A stretch of 38,307 nt of DNA, from assembly GCA_038893995.1 (NCBI GenBank), contig JAWAQK010000019.1, positions 1-38,307 on the forward strand. The letters are read 5' to 3'. Made by a program: the position numbers and the translations under genes. Position 1 is the first letter of the stretch, and each line of letters opens with the position of its first letter. This DNA is from Candidatus Thorarchaeota archaeon (GTDB lineage Archaea; Asgardarchaeota; Thorarchaeia; Thorarchaeales; Thorarchaeaceae). A model generated the notes under the pieces. It ran no database searches. It was not told where the DNA came from and saw only the letters and a list, made by a program, of their open reading frames with translations. Below, piece after piece: positions 37,010 through 38,307 of this stretch.

Positions 37010-37311
37010 TCGCCGATCCGGTACCAGATGCGCTGTGATCGCCATGACTGAATAGGTGTGTGGCATCATCCCTAGAAACTGACAAGCATCGGTCAAAAAC
37101 GCCAGTGGGTGGGTCGTGTCATGCCACGGCCCCTACCCACGTTGCTACCGTACTGAATGTCCTCCCACAACATGGTCTGTCCGTGAGCTGATTCATACGG
37201 TGAGTTGAGCCAGGCTACTCTGCGGATATGCCTTCTTATGCCCTCTACGCACTCCTGGTGCGGAGGACTCCCTGTTGAGTTCATCTGGAGCGAGGAACGA
37301 AGGACTTGTTC

Positions 37312-37635
37312 CTAGAGCAGCATGATGATGCCGCCCAGTACTGTGACGATTCCTCCAAGGAATCCACCGAAGATGTAGAGAAGCGCACCAAGGATGATGA
37401 TGACGACTCCGTTCTTCTCCATTTTCAGGGCCTTGATCCCTATTCTTCCTGTTGTGGCTAGGATGATGAGCGACATGACAATCTGAAGCACAACCAGGAT
37501 CAGGATGTCAACATGACCGATGAGACTGGGTCCGTATGTCACTCCATAGCCAAGTGGAGTGAGAATCGCCATCAACAGACCAATTATCCCGCCAATGACG
37601 GCGATCAGTTCGCCCGTACTCTTGTTCTTTGCCAT
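37312..37635 (-). CDS. Small 4-TM membrane protein
   Basis: ATG 37635 with GTGAGG SD; Gly-rich hydrophobic helices. Confidence 0.8.
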   Translation of the reverse strand: MAKNKSTGELIAVIGGIIGLLMAILTPLGYGVTYGPSLIGHVDILILVVLQIVMSLIILATTGRIGIKALKMEKNGVVIIILGALLYIFGGFLGGIVTVLGGIIMLL

Positions 37636-37749
37636 ACTTGGTTTCCTCACTTCGATCTTTTCTTATCTTCAGCCACCTTCACAGACACGAAGGCGCGTCT
37701 GATATCCGGATCGATGTCTTACCCCATGGTCAATCCTCCACTTAAGATT

Positions 37750-37977
37750 AGCCTCTGTGAGGGAATCGTTTCGGGACGGACCTCGATCCGCTGATCGGCC
37801 TGTCCGAAATGCCGAAACTAGTCCTCGTTCCCACACAGGGCTCGTTCTTACTCTTGTCATGTGGGTCTCAGTTGTCTGTTGGCACAACAATCTGTTGTGT
37901 TATCTACCCACAAACTCTTATCGGCTGACATGGGTTCGGACTCCTGGACTCAGGAGGTACACGCGCTAACCATGACA
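37750..37977. ncRNA. Unclassified structured RNA or leader candidate
   Basis: Rod hairpin 37750-37842 with 31 Watson-Crick pairs in 93 nt, followed by a multi-stem domain at 37855-37977. Confidence 0.5.
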
Positions 37978-37990
37978 TCGAGGAGGAATC

Positions 37991-38218
37991 GTGTTTGCTA
38001 GGGATGAATTCCTGGCACTACCTCCATCAGCCAAGCTAGTCTACGTGCTCCTAAGGCACAGAAAGAGGATGTCTCGTCAGGAATTGATTGCAGAGACCTT
38101 CCTGCCCCCTCGAACTGTCAACTACGGCATCAGTAGACTGAAACGACTCGGACTGATCATGGAGGAGTCTCATGCCGAGGACAGGAGAATCATCATATAC
38201 ACACTGAACCAGGTGTGA
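37991..38218 (+). CDS. Small winged-HTH (MarR-like) transcriptional regulator
   Basis: LPPSAKLVY..L......S..ELI.ET.LP.RTV.Y.I.RL...GLI.....D.R...Y; GAGGAGG SD. Confidence 0.9.
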   Translation: MFARDEFLALPPSAKLVYVLLRHRKRMSRQELIAETFLPPRTVNYGISRLKRLGLIMEESHAEDRRIIIYTLNQV

Positions 38219-38307
38219 TTCCTCCAGACCCGGCTGGTCAGTGGGACCGTACCTGTCAGATGCCCTCCGAGTATTGAATATCATTCTTGAGTTGGCCAAA
38301 AGTCTCA

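Noticed and set aside
37790-37822. Hammerhead ribozyme (CTGAT...GAAAC)
   Set aside because: The core reads CUGAUCG rather than CUGANGA, and flanking stems I and III do not form

Overview
Archaeal chromosomal segment. PolB1, ArcS/RaSEA, archaeal TPI, multi-intron tRNAs and several eukaryote-like proteins together suggest an Asgard archaeon, but that is inference. The window opens with the trailer end of a CRISPR array (8 perfect 31-nt repeats plus 1 degenerate; no cas genes in view). Housekeeping genes follow: parvulin, an RHH regulator, tpiA, a DUF89 phosphatase, thioredoxin, a DUF1998 helicase, arcS-raSEA, a nurA-herA-mre11-rad50 operon, HIT, PPC, polB1 and a class III aminotransferase. There are also two tRNA-Arg genes, each with two introns. 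Most notable: (i) a cytoplasmic 594-aa protein whose N-terminus resembles the adaptin mu/delta-COP homology domain; (ii) a cytoplasmic IFT52-like GIFT protein next to two PIG-M/GT87-like GT-C glycosyltransferases; (iii) up to five intact ORFs from unrelated enzyme families that have lost catalytic or metal ligands; (iv) an unannotated, highly structured ~230-nt RNA candidate near the window end; (v) CRISPR spacers that nearly all fold into hairpins; (vi) a missed 55-aa Arg-rich ORF and a probable ACG-initiated gene. All protein family calls rest on motifs recognised by eye, not on database searches.
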